A stretch of 64,000 nucleotides of DNA. It comes from the human T2T-CHM13v2.0 reference genome, Homo sapiens. Each line of letters opens with the position of its first letter. Position 1 is the stretch's first letter. The position numbers and the translations under genes are program-made. The stretch lies in the NCBI RefSeq assembly GCF_009914755.1, contig NC_060930.1; one strand, written 5' to 3'. A model generated the notes under the pieces. That model was not told where the DNA came from, did not search any database, and saw only the letters and a list, made by a program, of their open reading frames with translations. Below, in pieces: positions 51,848-64,000 of the stretch.

Positions 51848-51946
51848 AGAAACTTTGCTAGAGAGTCTATATTTTAGACAATTTGCTAGAGAGTCTATAT
51901 TTTAGAGAATAGAAACTTTGCTAGAGAGTCTATATTTTAGACAATT
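51848..51946. repeat. Three identical copies of a 25-bp core TTTGCTAGAGAGTCTATATTTTAGA
   Basis: Cores at 51854-51878, 51882-51906 and 51917-51941. Confidence 0.95.
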
Positions 51947-53235
51947 AGTAACAATGAAAAAGAGAAGATAAAGAATTAATAAACTCCAGAATGATGAGAA
52001 GTAAGGATTGAAAGGTTGGTAATAATTTGTAAATGCAAATACGATTTACCTTAAAAGATGATTTACAAAATAAGATTAGAAAGTATCTATTATAGTTAAT
52101 GTATTTAAGGCAGAATGACAATTGTTTACCTTACAAAAGGATTTGTAAACACAGAATTCACATAGTAATTTGTGAATTGAGTCATCAAAAAAATATTATC
52201 AAAAGTGAAATTATTTTTGAGGTAACACCAGTTGGGTAAAATATGGCATGGTGTCTTAAAAATATCTTGTATATTAGCTTGCAACATTCCATATTGGAGA
52301 AATCAAATGTCTTGGTGTTTTCAAGAACAAGTCAGTGAGTTAGCTGCATTGGAAAGAAAATTAATTTAAAAAATCAGTATTAGAAGAGATCACTCAACAG
52401 ACCATTAAACAGCTTCTTTTTCTCCCTAACTTTGTGCTCCTCACTAATTCTCTTGTAATTCGGGGACAAACAGAAACGCTGTTTGTAGTATTAACAACTG
52501 TTACATGTCTCAAAATAATGTCCTGACAATGTTTTTTCTTCCTTTTTTTTTTAAGGAAAGCCTTTTTTCTTTGGTGGTTACATTTTAATTATTTGTTTTT
52601 GAACAAATAAATTCTATTCTTATGGGTAATTTTGTGTTTTTAATAAGCAAAGATGCAGGATTGCTGTTAACATTCAAATTGGGGGGAAAATATACTCAAG
52701 TGATGACAATTCTCAGTTTAAAGCTTACACCAAATTTTCGGTAACTTAGTTCATTATTTATCTTGAAAGTCTCTAAGCCTGCAAGCACATGTGTTAATGT
52801 GGAAACAATTTGGATCAGGGGGTGAGGATTTGTTTTAAATTTACTTGAAGAAGAGAGAATCCTGAATTACATTTGGGACCCTTAATTTAAGATTTGTAAG
52901 TATTTCCTGTCGTGTACTAATGTAACCAATATTGTTCACTAATACTCAAATTAAATTGCTCTCAATTTGATACTCAAATTGATGGTTCTGAGAACTTAGC
53001 CTGAAAATCACGGGATTTTTGACTTTATTATTCATGTTTGCACAATTGCTTTCCTGTGTAATGCAAGCGCTTTAAAGAAGGAGAGCATTCTATCTTTTTA
53101 GCCTCAAATGTCAACGCTGTGCCCTAACATCTTACCCCCTCCTGATTTCAGTGTCCTTAAAAGTGCCATGATTCTCCCTCATCACTTAAGTTATTACAGT
53201 GTATTGGTTTGTGTCCATGTTTTTCTACTTACTAG

Positions 53236-53547
53236 TGTTAACGAAAACCAGAGCTGGACAGTAGTTAAAGCAGTAAAAATAAATTTTATTCAGAGCTATT
53301 GCAATGGGGGAAAAGAGACCTCAGTATAGAACCTGGCTCAGTTTCTAATGCAGCATGGGCAAGTAGGGATTTGTCACCAAGACAGTGACAAGATGGTATC
53401 AAGGGTGGGAAATGGTCTGTAAACTAAGTTAGCAAGATTCTTACTACAACTGGGCCATGCAGGCCCAACAAGGCAGACATAAAAGTTGAAGACTAGAGGG
53501 CTTAGAGGAGCCTGACTAAAGTTTAGTCAAGGAGAAAGTCTGTGTCA
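53236..53547 (-). mobile_element. MER31-like ERV1 solo LTR, inserted in an L2 remnant
   Basis: rc begins tgacacagactttctccttgactaaactttagtcaggctcctctaagccctct; 4-bp TSD CTAG at 53232-53235 and 53548-53551. Confidence 0.85.
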
Positions 53548-53702
53548 CTAGACAGGGGATTACTTAAAGGCACAGACGATATCTATTTTCTGTATTCCCA
53601 GTTCTTAACATACTGGCTGGCAGATAGAAGATGTTGACTAAATGTTTTTGAAGTTATACATTGGGGGAGGGTGTCAGGATTTACTAAATTCCAGATATGA
53701 CC

Positions 53703-54013
53703 TGACACGGTTTGGCTCTGTGTCTCCACCCAAATCTCATTTTGTAGTTCCCATAATTACCACGTGTTGTGGGAGGGACCTGGTGGGAAATGATTGAATC
53801 ATGGGGCGGGTCTTTCCCGTGCTGTTCTCATGTTAGTGAATAAGTCTCATGAGATCCGATTGTTCTAAAAATGGGAGTTTCCCTACACACGCTCTCTTCT
53901 CTTGTCTGGCCTCCCTAGCCATGTGGAACTGAAGGTCCAATAAACCTCCTTCTTTTGTAAATTGCTCACTCTCAGGGATGTCCTTATTAGCAGCATGCAA
54001 ATGGACTAATACA
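53703..54013 (+). mobile_element. THE1B-like solo LTR with an internal deletion
   Basis: tgacacggtttggctctgtgtc...atggactaataca; TSD TGACC/TGTCC (4 of 5 match). Confidence 0.9.
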
Positions 54014-54109
54014 TGTCCCAAATACTAAGTTATTTCAAAGAAAATGTGCTAGCCTTGGAGTCTTACTGAAGGCTAAGTGTGTCCCAAATACTAAGCTATT
54101 TCAAAAAAA

Positions 54110-54270
54110 GAGTACTGACTTTGGAGTCAGACAGAATTGGGTTTGAATCTTGAACCTAACACCAGTTGTGACCATGTGCAATTTTCTGAGGATTAGTCTT
54201 CTCATCTTTAAAATGAGAATAGTAATTCTTAGCTAAAAATTTTGATATGAGAAATAAATGTACATAATAC
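54110..54270. mobile_element. MIR
   Basis: gactttggagtcagacagaattgggtttgaatc...tgtgacc...ctcatctttaaaatgagaatagtaat. Confidence 0.75.
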
Positions 54271-54769
54271 GTTCCAGTGTCTGTATTCTAGTCACTTTAC
54301 CATATTATCTCTTTTGGCACATTTTCTATTATGTAAGGCTTCTTCCCAAACAGAGAATGATGATACAGCTTTGATGTATGTTGTAAGTAATAATAGAGGA
54401 TTATAATGCAATGAAAAGTTTTCAATATGTGACATTAAAATAGTCTCTTAATATATACGTTTTCTCAATTATAAAATTAGAAGGCCCAACTAGATGATCT
54501 CTAAGGTTTCTAGTGGTAACAATCCTGAATTATACTCTTTAGGAATCATTGTCTAGAAGTAGGCTCATTTCTAACAACATTGTAAGGTGAGTAAATTGTC
54601 CAGTAAATTACTTCTCACTAAAATATTAGAAACTTAGTATGCTATTCTCCTAGGAGAATTTTTCATTTAAAAGAAGAGAGTTGGGATATTGAAAACATTG
54701 ATAGAGTGGATTGTTCATAAATATTGAGATATTAGTAGGGGAAATGATTTTGAGCAGGAAGGACATCTT

Positions 54770-54885
54770 TCTTTTATCTTTATTTTTTATCATATGTATT
54801 TAAGGTGTGCAACATGATGCTTTGATGTATTTGTACACAGTAAAATAGTTACAGTCTAGCAAATTAACATATCCATCATCTCGGA
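54770..54885 (-). mobile_element. L1MA-like extreme 3' end
   Basis: tatttaaggtgtgcaacatgatgctttgat...gcaaattaacatatccatcatctc. Confidence 0.7.
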
Positions 54886-55131
54886 CAGCTTTCTAGTGTT
54901 CCTGTCATGCCACTTTACTTATGTAACTTATAACTAAGTTTAAACTGATAGACATACCACCCAAGATTTTTTAGCTTTTCTCAAGATACAGTTTAGTGAT
55001 TTGGTTTAGATTCTTTAGAAAATTTAAGAACATTTTTCAGTTTTTTTTTTAGTTTATGTAGAAAGCTGAGGAGAAAATGAAAACTTTTATCTCTTATTCC
55101 CTCATTTCCTTCACCTCTTCTCTTCTTTTCT

Positions 55132-55132
<1 letters not shown>

Positions 55133-55182
<50 letters not shown>
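55133..55182. repeat. Compound microsatellite (TC)11(AC)14
   Basis: Read directly from the sequence. Confidence 0.97.
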
Positions 55183-55185
<3 letters not shown>

Positions 55186-56962
55186 TCTTCTCTTACTCTC
55201 TTTCTTGCTTTTTCCATTCCTTTAACTTACATAGATAGTAAATTCCTTTGAGCACTACCAGGCATAAAATAAGACTGTGTCCCAGACTGAGACCAATATA
55301 CAAAATACTCTGCTACACTCAAAATTATTTATTTAAAAAAACAACAATAATTACCCTTCTATTGTAATATATACAGGCATTGGTGTCTTTGCCTGTAACT
55401 GATGTAATGAGCTCAGCTATGTGGCAGACTTGAAAGGACGAGTGCTTGTACAATCAACTGCTGGATTAACTGGCTGATGTGTATTTAAATAGAGGGCATA
55501 TAAATTGAAGGCATGAAATACAATTTTTAAAATGTGGTAAATTTGTATTTTGCAAATTAGGATATTGATTTATCTAAAACATATCATTTTGGAGTAGGAT
55601 ATTACATTTAGTTCACACTATGACAGCTTAATGGGACAAGTTTAGGAAATAGCATAAGATAGTGAAAAGAAGATTAGGTATAAAGTCTGGAATCACGAGT
55701 TTTAACTGTGGCTCTGTTCCTAATTTACTTCGTGACATTATACAGACACATTCCTCTCTTATGTTAAATTACATGATCTTTGAATACTTTTCTTCACTGA
55801 CATTATTCTATGTGGGAGTGCACACACAAGAAGACTAAAGCCCTGGATGTTTTTAGAGTGGTTTGGAGACCCTAGGATATACCTAGAGGCAGGGAAGCTG
55901 TCTATAAATTATGAAAAATATAAGTATCTTTTTATTGATGAAATAAATCTGACTTTTAGAATCACAGTTTAGGAAATAAGAATGAGATAAGCCATCTCCT
56001 TTAAAAGAGTATAAATTGTTTTTTCCCATCTTAAGGAAATGAAAATGTAATTAAACCCAAATTAAGCAAAACAAAGAAAATAACATCAAAGTACAAATCA
56101 ATGAAATAGAAAGCATAAAGACAATAGAGAAAGTCAATAAAACCAAAAGCTGATTTCCTGAGGAGGTAAATAAAATTGATAAAGTCAAACTGATCAGGAA
56201 AAAAAGGAGAAGACATAAATTACTAATATCACGAAAAAGAGAGATTATATCACTGTGATTTACAGATCTTAATAGGATAAATACTTGAGCAATTTTATGC
56301 CAATAAGTTAGACAACTTCAATAAAATGGATGCCTGTGAAAGACACAAATACCAAAAAGTCACTCAAGAAGAAATAGAAAACAGGAATAGCCCTATACCT
56401 ATTACACAAATTGATATTGTATTTAAAAACTTTCCATAAAAACTTTGGGTCCAGATGGCTTCACTGGTGAATGTCACAGAACATTTAAGGAAGAAATAGT
56501 GCCAATTTTTCATAAATGCTTCCAAAAATTTTTAAATAAGATACCTTTTAACAGAATTCTGGCCTCTTCTATGAGGCCAAAATTACCGTTATATCAAAAC
56601 CAGACAGAGACATAATAAGATCTTTCTTGTAAGAAAAAAAACTACATATTGATAACTATGAACATATATGTTATTGTTATCAAATTGTAAACAAAATTTT
56701 ACCAAAATCAAATCCAACAATATGGTAAAAGGATAATACATCACGATCAAATGTGATTTACCCTAGAAACATAGGGCTGGTTTAACATTTGAAAAACAAT
56801 CAGTACAACTCTCCATATTAAAAATTATAAAAAGGAAACCACCTGAACATCTCAATAGGTGATGAAAAAGCAGTTGTGATGTGAAATGTCATATTCATGC
56901 CTAATGAAAACTCTCAGTAAAGTCAGAATAGAGATGAATTTTATCAATCTGATAGAGGGTAC

Positions 56963-57501
56963 TGTGATGGTTAATATTGAGTGTAAACTTGATTGGATTG
57001 AAGGATGCAAAGTATTGTTTCTGGGTGTGTCTGTGACTAAGAGATTAACATTTGAGTCAGTGCACTGGGAGAGGTAGGCCCACCCTCAATCTGGGTGGGT
57101 ATCATCTAATCAGCTGCCAGTGTGATAGAATAAAGCAGGCAAGAGAAGATGGAAGAATAGGTTTACTGAGCCTTCCAGCCTTCATCTTTCTCCCATGCTG
57201 GATGCTTCCTGCCCTCGAACATCAGACTCCAAGTTCTTGAACTTTTGGACTTACACCAGTGGTTTACCAGGGTCTCTTGGGCCTTTGGCCACAGACTGAA
57301 GGCTGCACTGTGTGCTTCCCTACTTTTGCGATTTTGGGACTTGGACTATCCATCACTGGCTTCCTTGCTCCTTGACTTGCAGATGGCCTATTGTGGAACT
57401 TTATCTTGTGACCATGTGAGTCAATTCTCCTTAATAAACTCCCTTTCATATATGCATAGGTCCCATTAGTTCTATCCCTGTAGAGAACCCTGACTAACAC
57501 A
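56963..57501 (+). mobile_element. MLT2A-like (HERVL) solo LTR
   Basis: tgtgatggttaatattgagtgtaaacttgattggattgaaggatgc...gagaaccctgactaacaca; TSD GGTAC/GGCAC. Confidence 0.92.
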
Positions 57502-59283
57502 GGCACCTATGGAAAACCTACAGCTAATATTATAATAGCAAAAAACTGAATGCTTTCTTTCTAAGATCAGGAACATGACAGGGATGTCCAGTATTACCAC
57601 TTTTAGGTAATATTGTACTGGAGGTTCTAGTGAGTACAATCAGGCGAGAAAAAGAAAACAAAAGGCATCCAGACTGAAAATAAAGAAGCAAAACTATTTT
57701 GTTCACAAAGGATATGATCATTTATATAGAAAATCTGATGGAATCTATAAACGTAAGAAATAATGAGCTTAGCAATGTAATAAGACACAAAGTCAATATA
57801 CAAAAATCAATGGTATTCCTACAAACTATCAAAATTATTAAAAATTTTAACTAAAATTTAATTTCAGTTAAAGATTAAAATTAAAAACAGAGTTTACAAT
57901 AGCATCAATAAATATAAAGTACCTGAGTATAAACCTAACAAAACATATGAATCACCTGTACCTTTGAAACTATAAAATATTTTTGAGAGAAATTAAAGGT
58001 TATTTTAATAAATGGATAAAATACCTATTGCATGGGTTAGAAAACTCAATACTATTGAAATTTCCAGTCTGCCTATTGATTTACAAATTTAGCATAATCC
58101 CAATCAAAATCAAGCTGGCATTTTTTCGTGTTTAGAAGTTGACAAGCTGATTATAAAACTCACGTGAACATTAAAAATATCTAAAATAGCCAAAATAACT
58201 CTGAAAATTGGAAGTAAAATACTACCTGATTTCAATAATTATTATAAAGCTACATGAATCAAAACAGTATGTTTTTGACATAAAGACAGAGAAATTAGCT
58301 GATGAAAAAAATAATGGAATCCAGAAGTAAAACCACATAAACATAGAGAATTGATTTTGACAAAGGTATGAAGACACATAGTGGAGAATGGGAAGATTTT
58401 CCAACAGATAATGCTGGAAAATTGTTAATATTAGTGGTGAAAATGATTCTAGATTGAAAACAAAGACGTAAAACTTATATTCACAGACAGTATTATCTAG
58501 ATCATGTGGGGATATAAGTCTCTTATTTTACACCATACATAAAAATTGTCTGAAAATCAATCATACACCTAAATGTAAAACCTAAAACACAAAGCTACAG
58601 TGACAGTAAAAACATTAGTTGTTACGGGTTCTAGGATGTATAGTGGAAGGTTTGAATAGGTGAAGAACAGAGGATGTTTAAAGATGGCAATAGTATTCTG
58701 TATATAGTAGTGCTGAATACATGACCCTATGCATTTTCAAAACCTTTAGAAATTTATAGCCCAAAGAATAAAAATCATTAAGGTACGTAAATAAAAAGAA
58801 AATAATTTTGGATCAAGGGAATTCCAAAATGGAATGTATAATGCGGTAAAACAATCTAAATACATTACAAGTGTATAAAACAACCTCGTTAAGGGAGGTA
58901 AGGCTAAGTAACTGTAAATCACTGGGGTCTATAAAACTGAAGGCAAAGGAAACTGTATATAAGCACTGAACTTTAGTTGATAAAAGTGTTTCTCAGAGAT
59001 GTATGGGTTACACTTCTGATACCGCTCTATATGTGTACTAGAATTGAACAATTAAGTAAATTTATGCTGAATAGTGGAGACCAGATTTCTCATTTTTGGA
59101 GTTGAGATTTACAGATAAGCAGGGCAGGAGACAAGAATTATCCATGTGGTAATGGTATAAAGATGGAGCCACTGGTATGAACTCATGTTTAATTTAATAT
59201 AGATACACTTGCATATAGATGTATTTATAGGTGTGTGCATGTACGTGCACATGTGCCTGTTGTGTGTGCATCCATATATTCCT

Positions 59284-60051
59284 TTGGGTTTTACATTTAA
59301 GTCTTTTATCCATATTGAGTTGATTTTTATATATAATGTAAGGAAGGGGTCCAGTTAAACACCATAGTCTTGACCCAAAAGCTCCTTCAGCTGATAAACA
59401 AATTCAGTAAAGTTTCAGGATACAATATCAATGTACAAAAATCACTAGCATTTCTATAGACCAACAAGAGCCAAACCAAGAGCCAAATCAGGAACTCAAT
59501 CATATTCACAATTACCACAAAAAGAATAAAACACCTAGGAATAGGGGAAAAACAGCTAACCAGAGAGGTGAAAGATCTCTACAGTGAGAATTACAAAACA
59601 CTGCTCAAAGAAATCAGAGATGACACAAGTGAAAAAACATTTCATGCTCATGAATTAGAAGAATTAATATCATTAAAATGGCCATAATTCCCAAAGCAAT
59701 GTATAGATTCAGTGCTATTCCTACCAACTACCAATGACACTTTCCACAGGCTAGAAAAAAACTATTTTAAAATTCATTCGAAACCATAAAGGAGCCCAAA
59801 TAGCCAAGGCAATCCTAAGCAAAAAGAACAAAGCTGAAGGCATCAAGTTACCAGACTTCCAACTATACTACAGGGCTAGAGTAACCAAAACAGCATGGTA
59901 CTGGTACAAAACCAGATACATAGACCAATGGAACAGAATAGAGAGCCCAAAAACAAGGCTGCACACCTCCAACAATCTGATCTTCAACAAAGCTAACAAA
60001 ATCAAGCAATGGGGAAAGTACTTCTTACTCAATAACGGTGCTGGGAAAACT
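59284..60051. mobile_element. L1PA ORF2 piece with an inversion junction (59284-59356 on -, 59357-60051 on +)
   Basis: ttgggttttacatttaagtc...aaggaaggggtccagtt is antisense; gctgataaacaaattcagtaaagtttcaggatac...ggtgctgggaaaact is sense. Confidence 0.88.
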
Positions 60052-60759
60052 ACGAAGTAAGGAAATGCTAAACAAACTAAAAAACAAATAAATACCACAA
60101 AACCCAGAAACATGGGAGTATGTCAAAGGGAAACAAGAGCCTACTGAAAAAGCTTCCAATGGCCAAAGCTGGAACAATTTGCTCAACAAAGTACATTGGA
60201 TTATAATGTAAATGTAAATTAAATATTCATGAGTCTATACTGATATAAATGATTGAATAAATAAATAAATAAATAAATGTGGGAGATGAGACAAATCTCC
60301 CAGACAGAAAAATTGTAAATAATTTATGCAGATACTGCACCTTCAAGGGGCATAACTTGTTAAGGCGGGTTGCACACAGCGACTGTCTTCCAAAAAATAC
60401 AGTATAAAAAGGGGCAAAAATGTAGTTTTATAGTGGAGAAGTCTGACAAACATTAGCTCAACTATTGATCAAAATCAACATCAATAATAAGTATGTTGAT
60501 AATACAGACCCTTGATATGATGTAATGAAAATTGTCCTTTACCTGTGTGATTTTCCTTCCCCAAACTTGTAACTGCAATATAATTATAAGAAAAACATGT
60601 GACAAATTCCAATTATGAAACATTGTACAAAATACGCAACCAGTACTAAAATGCAAAAATGTCCAGGTTATCAAAAACAAGGACACTCAAAAAGAAGAAA
60701 CTGTCACAGCCAAGTGGAGCCTAAAGAGATAGGGCAACTAGTAAGAAATGTGGTAACTT

Positions 60760-61068
<309 letters not shown>

Positions 61069-61436
61069 GGAGAAAGAAATGTGGCAACTAAATATGCAGT
61101 ATTTTAAATAGAATCCTGAAACAGAAAAGTAACATTAGAGAAAAACTAAAGAAATCTGAATAAATTATGGGTTTTAATTAGTGATAATGTATCATTGTTA
61201 GTTTATATAATATAATAAAAATACCAAACTAATGTAAAGATATTAATAATAGGGGAAATCGGATGCAGGGTGCATGGAAACTCTCTATACTATTTGCAAT
61301 TTTTCTGTAAATTTAAAATTGTTCTAAAAATGCTTATTTTAAAAATACAGTTAGATATTGTAAGACTTACATTGGAATAACTATAATGTAAAGATGGAAT
61401 ATGCTATAAATTGTTGCTAAAAATGTGGAGCATATC

Positions 61437-61716
61437 TTTTTTATTTCTTGAGATGGAGTCTCTGTCACCTAGGCTGGAGTGCAGTGGTGTGATCTTGGCT
61501 CACTGCAACCTCCACCTCCTGGGTTGAAGTGATCTCCTCCCTTAGCCTTCTGAGTAGCTGGGACCACAGGCACACACCACCACGCCTGGCTAATTTTTGT
61601 ATTTTTGGTAGAGACAAGGTTTCACCAGGCTGGTCTCAAAGTACTGACCTCAAGTGATCCACCCACCTCGGTCCCCCAAAGTGCTGGATTACAGGTGTGA
61701 ACCACTGCACTCAGCC
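61437..61716 (-). mobile_element. Alu (old S/J type)
   Basis: tgagatggagtctctgtcacctaggctggagtgcagtgg...gacctcaagtgatccacccacctcgg; degenerate TSD agcatatct/agcatttct. Confidence 0.9.
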
Positions 61717-61741
61717 AAGCATTTCTATATCTATGTATCTA

Positions 61742-64000
61742 TGTTATATGGTTTGGCTCTGTGTCCCCACCCAAATCTCACCTTGAATTTTAATCCCCAC
61801 ATGAGAAAGGAGAGACCTGGTGGGAGATGACTGGATCATATGGGCCGTTTCACCCATGCCGTTCTTGTGACAGTGAGGGGGTTCTCACAAGATCTGAAAG
61901 TTTAAAAGTGTCAGTTTCTCCTGCATGTGGGCTCCCTCTGTCTCCTACCGCCTTATGAAGAAGGCACCTGCTTCCCCTCCATCTTCTGCCATGATTGTAA
62001 GTTTCCTGTGACCTCCCCAGACATGCAGAACTATGAGTCAGTTAAACCTCTTGTTTATAAATTATCCAGTCTCAAGTAGCATCTTTATAGCAGTGTGAAA
62101 ACAGACTAATACAGAGTATCGTTACTAACAGAGTGGAGTACTGCTATAAAGGTAGCCTGAAAATGTGGAAACAACTTTGGAACTAGGTAATGGGCAGAGA
62201 GTTGGAACAGTTAGGAGGGGTCAGAAGAAGACAAGAAGATGTGGGAAGCTTGAAACTTCCTGGAGACTTGTTGAATGGCTTTGATCAAAATGCTGACAGT
62301 GATATGGACAATGAAGTCCAGGCTGAGGTGGTCTCAGATGGAGATAAGAAACTTCTTGGGAACTGGAGCAAAGGTCATTCTTGCTACGCTTTAGCAAAGA
62401 GAATGGCAGCATTTTGCCCCTGCCCTAGAGATCTGTGTAACTTTGAACTTGAGGGAGGTGATTTAGAGTATTTGGTGGAAGAAATGTCTAAGCAGCAAAG
62501 CATTCAAGAGGTGACCTCACTGATTCTGAAAGTGCTCAGTCATATGCATTCACAAAGAGATGGTTTGAAATTGGAACTTATATTTCAAAAGGAAGCAGAG
62601 CATAAAAGTTTAGAAAATTTGCAGCCTGACCATGAGGTAGAAAAGAAAAACCCATTTTCTGGGGAGAAACTCAAGCTGGCTGCAAAAATTGGTAAAATAA
62701 GGAATCAAATGTTAATTGTCAAGACAATGGAGGAACTGTCTCAAGGGCATTCCAGAGATCTTCAAGGCAGCTCCTCCCATCACAGGCCTGGAGGCCTAAG
62801 AGGGAAAAGTAGTTTCATGGACAGGGCCCAGGTGCCTGCTCCTCTGCGCAGCCTTGGAACTTGGTGCCCTTCATCCCAGCCACTCCAGCTCCAGCTGTAG
62901 CTAAAAGAGGCAAATGTACATCTCAGGCCATTGGTTCAGAGGCTACAAGCCCCAAACCTTGGCAGCTTCCATGTGGTTTTGGGCCTGTGGGTGTGCAGAA
63001 GACAAGAGTTGAGGTTTGGGAACCTCTGCCTAGATTTCACAGGATGTATGGAAATGCCTAGATGTCCAGGAAGAAGTCTGCTTCAGGGGTGGAGCCCTGA
63101 TGGAAAACCTCTACTAGGGCAATGCAGAGGGGAAAGTGGGTTTAGAGTCCCCATACAGAGTTGCCATTGGGGCACTGCCTAGTGGAGCTGTGAGAAGAGA
63201 GCCACCATCCTCCAGACCCCAGAATGGTAGATCCACTGACAACTTGCCCTGTGCATGTGGAAAAGCTGCAGACACTCAACACCAGCCCATAAAAGCAGCC
63301 ACGGGGGCTGTGCCCTGTACAGCCAGAGGGGCAGAGCTGCCTAAGGCCTTGGGAGCCCACCTCTTGCTTCACCATGTCCTGGGTGTGAGACATGGAGTAA
63401 AAGGAGATTATTTTGGAGCTTTAAGATTTAATGATGGCCTCACTGAATTTTGGACTTGCACAGGGCCTGTGGCCCCTTTGTTTTGGCTGATTTCTCCCAT
63501 TTGTAATGAGAACATTTACCCAATGCCTGTACCAGCATTATATCTTGGAAGTACCAACTTGCTTTTGATTTTACAGGCTCATGGGTGGAAGGGACTTGCC
63601 TTGTCTCAGATGAAACTTTGTACTTGGATTTTTGGGTTAATGCTGGAATGAGTTAAGAATTTGGGGGACTGTTGGGAATGCATGATTGGTTTTGAAACGT
63701 GAAAAGGACATGAGATTTGGAAGGGGCCAGGGGCTGAATGATATGGTTTGGCTTTGTGTCCCTACCCAAATCTTATCTTGAATTGTAATCCCATGTGTTG
63801 AGGGAGGGACCTCGTGGAAGGTGATAAAATTATGGGTGCCATTTCCCCCATGGTATTCTTATGATAGTGAGGTAGTTCTCATGAGATCTGATGGTTTAAA
63901 AGTGACAGATTCCCTGCATGCACTCTCTCTCTCTCCTGCCATCATGTGAAGAAGGTGCCTGCTTCCCCTTTGTCTTCTGCCATGATTGTAAGTTTCTTGA
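61742..64000 (+). mobile_element. THE1D-like MaLR provirus: 5'LTR ~61742-62113, internal 62114-63738, 3'LTR from 63739 to the window end
   Basis: LTR motifs tggtttggctctgtgtccccacccaaatctc...gactaataca; internal region homologous to 8521-10086; purine-rich tract gaaggggccagggg before the 3'LTR. Confidence 0.93.

Noticed and set aside
51848-51946. CRISPR-like direct repeats
   Set aside because: Linkers are only 3 and 10 nt and derive from the repeat flanks; primate DNA with no cas genes; simple local duplication
59284-59356. Possibility that this stub is the displaced continuation of the L1 at 1-650 (neighbouring consensus position)
   Set aside because: The element at 1-650 already has its own adjacent inverted partner (647-1204) covering that consensus region, so this is coincidence

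Overview
Human/primate genomic DNA: AT-rich, CpG-depleted and mostly interspersed repeats, consistent with a long intron or gene desert. I find no credible protein-coding gene, RNA gene or CRISPR array. The longer ORFs in the track are L1, MaLR or Alu remnants, or low-complexity artefacts. Repeats include many L1 fragments, two MaLR proviruses (THE1), several solo LTRs, 5 Alus, L2/L3/MIR, HAL1 and MER5. The most unusual structure is a ~2 kb inverted duplication (arms ~1145-3177 and ~5764-7803, spacer ~2.6 kb). It has fold-back hairpins at both junctions of the new copy and an identity gradient between arms (~99% inner, ~95% outer, counted by eye), making it a candidate recurrent-inversion/gene-conversion locus. 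Also notable: three twin-primed (5'-inverted) L1s, an L1PA2 with a probable short 3' transduction, a well-formed 75-nt + strand exon candidate (26174-26248) of an unidentified host transcript, and candidate recursive-splice sites. I cannot support a claim of a new biological system; the findings are instances of, or candidates for, known eukaryotic mechanisms. Subfamily names come from recalled consensus motifs, and boundaries of old repeats are approximate.
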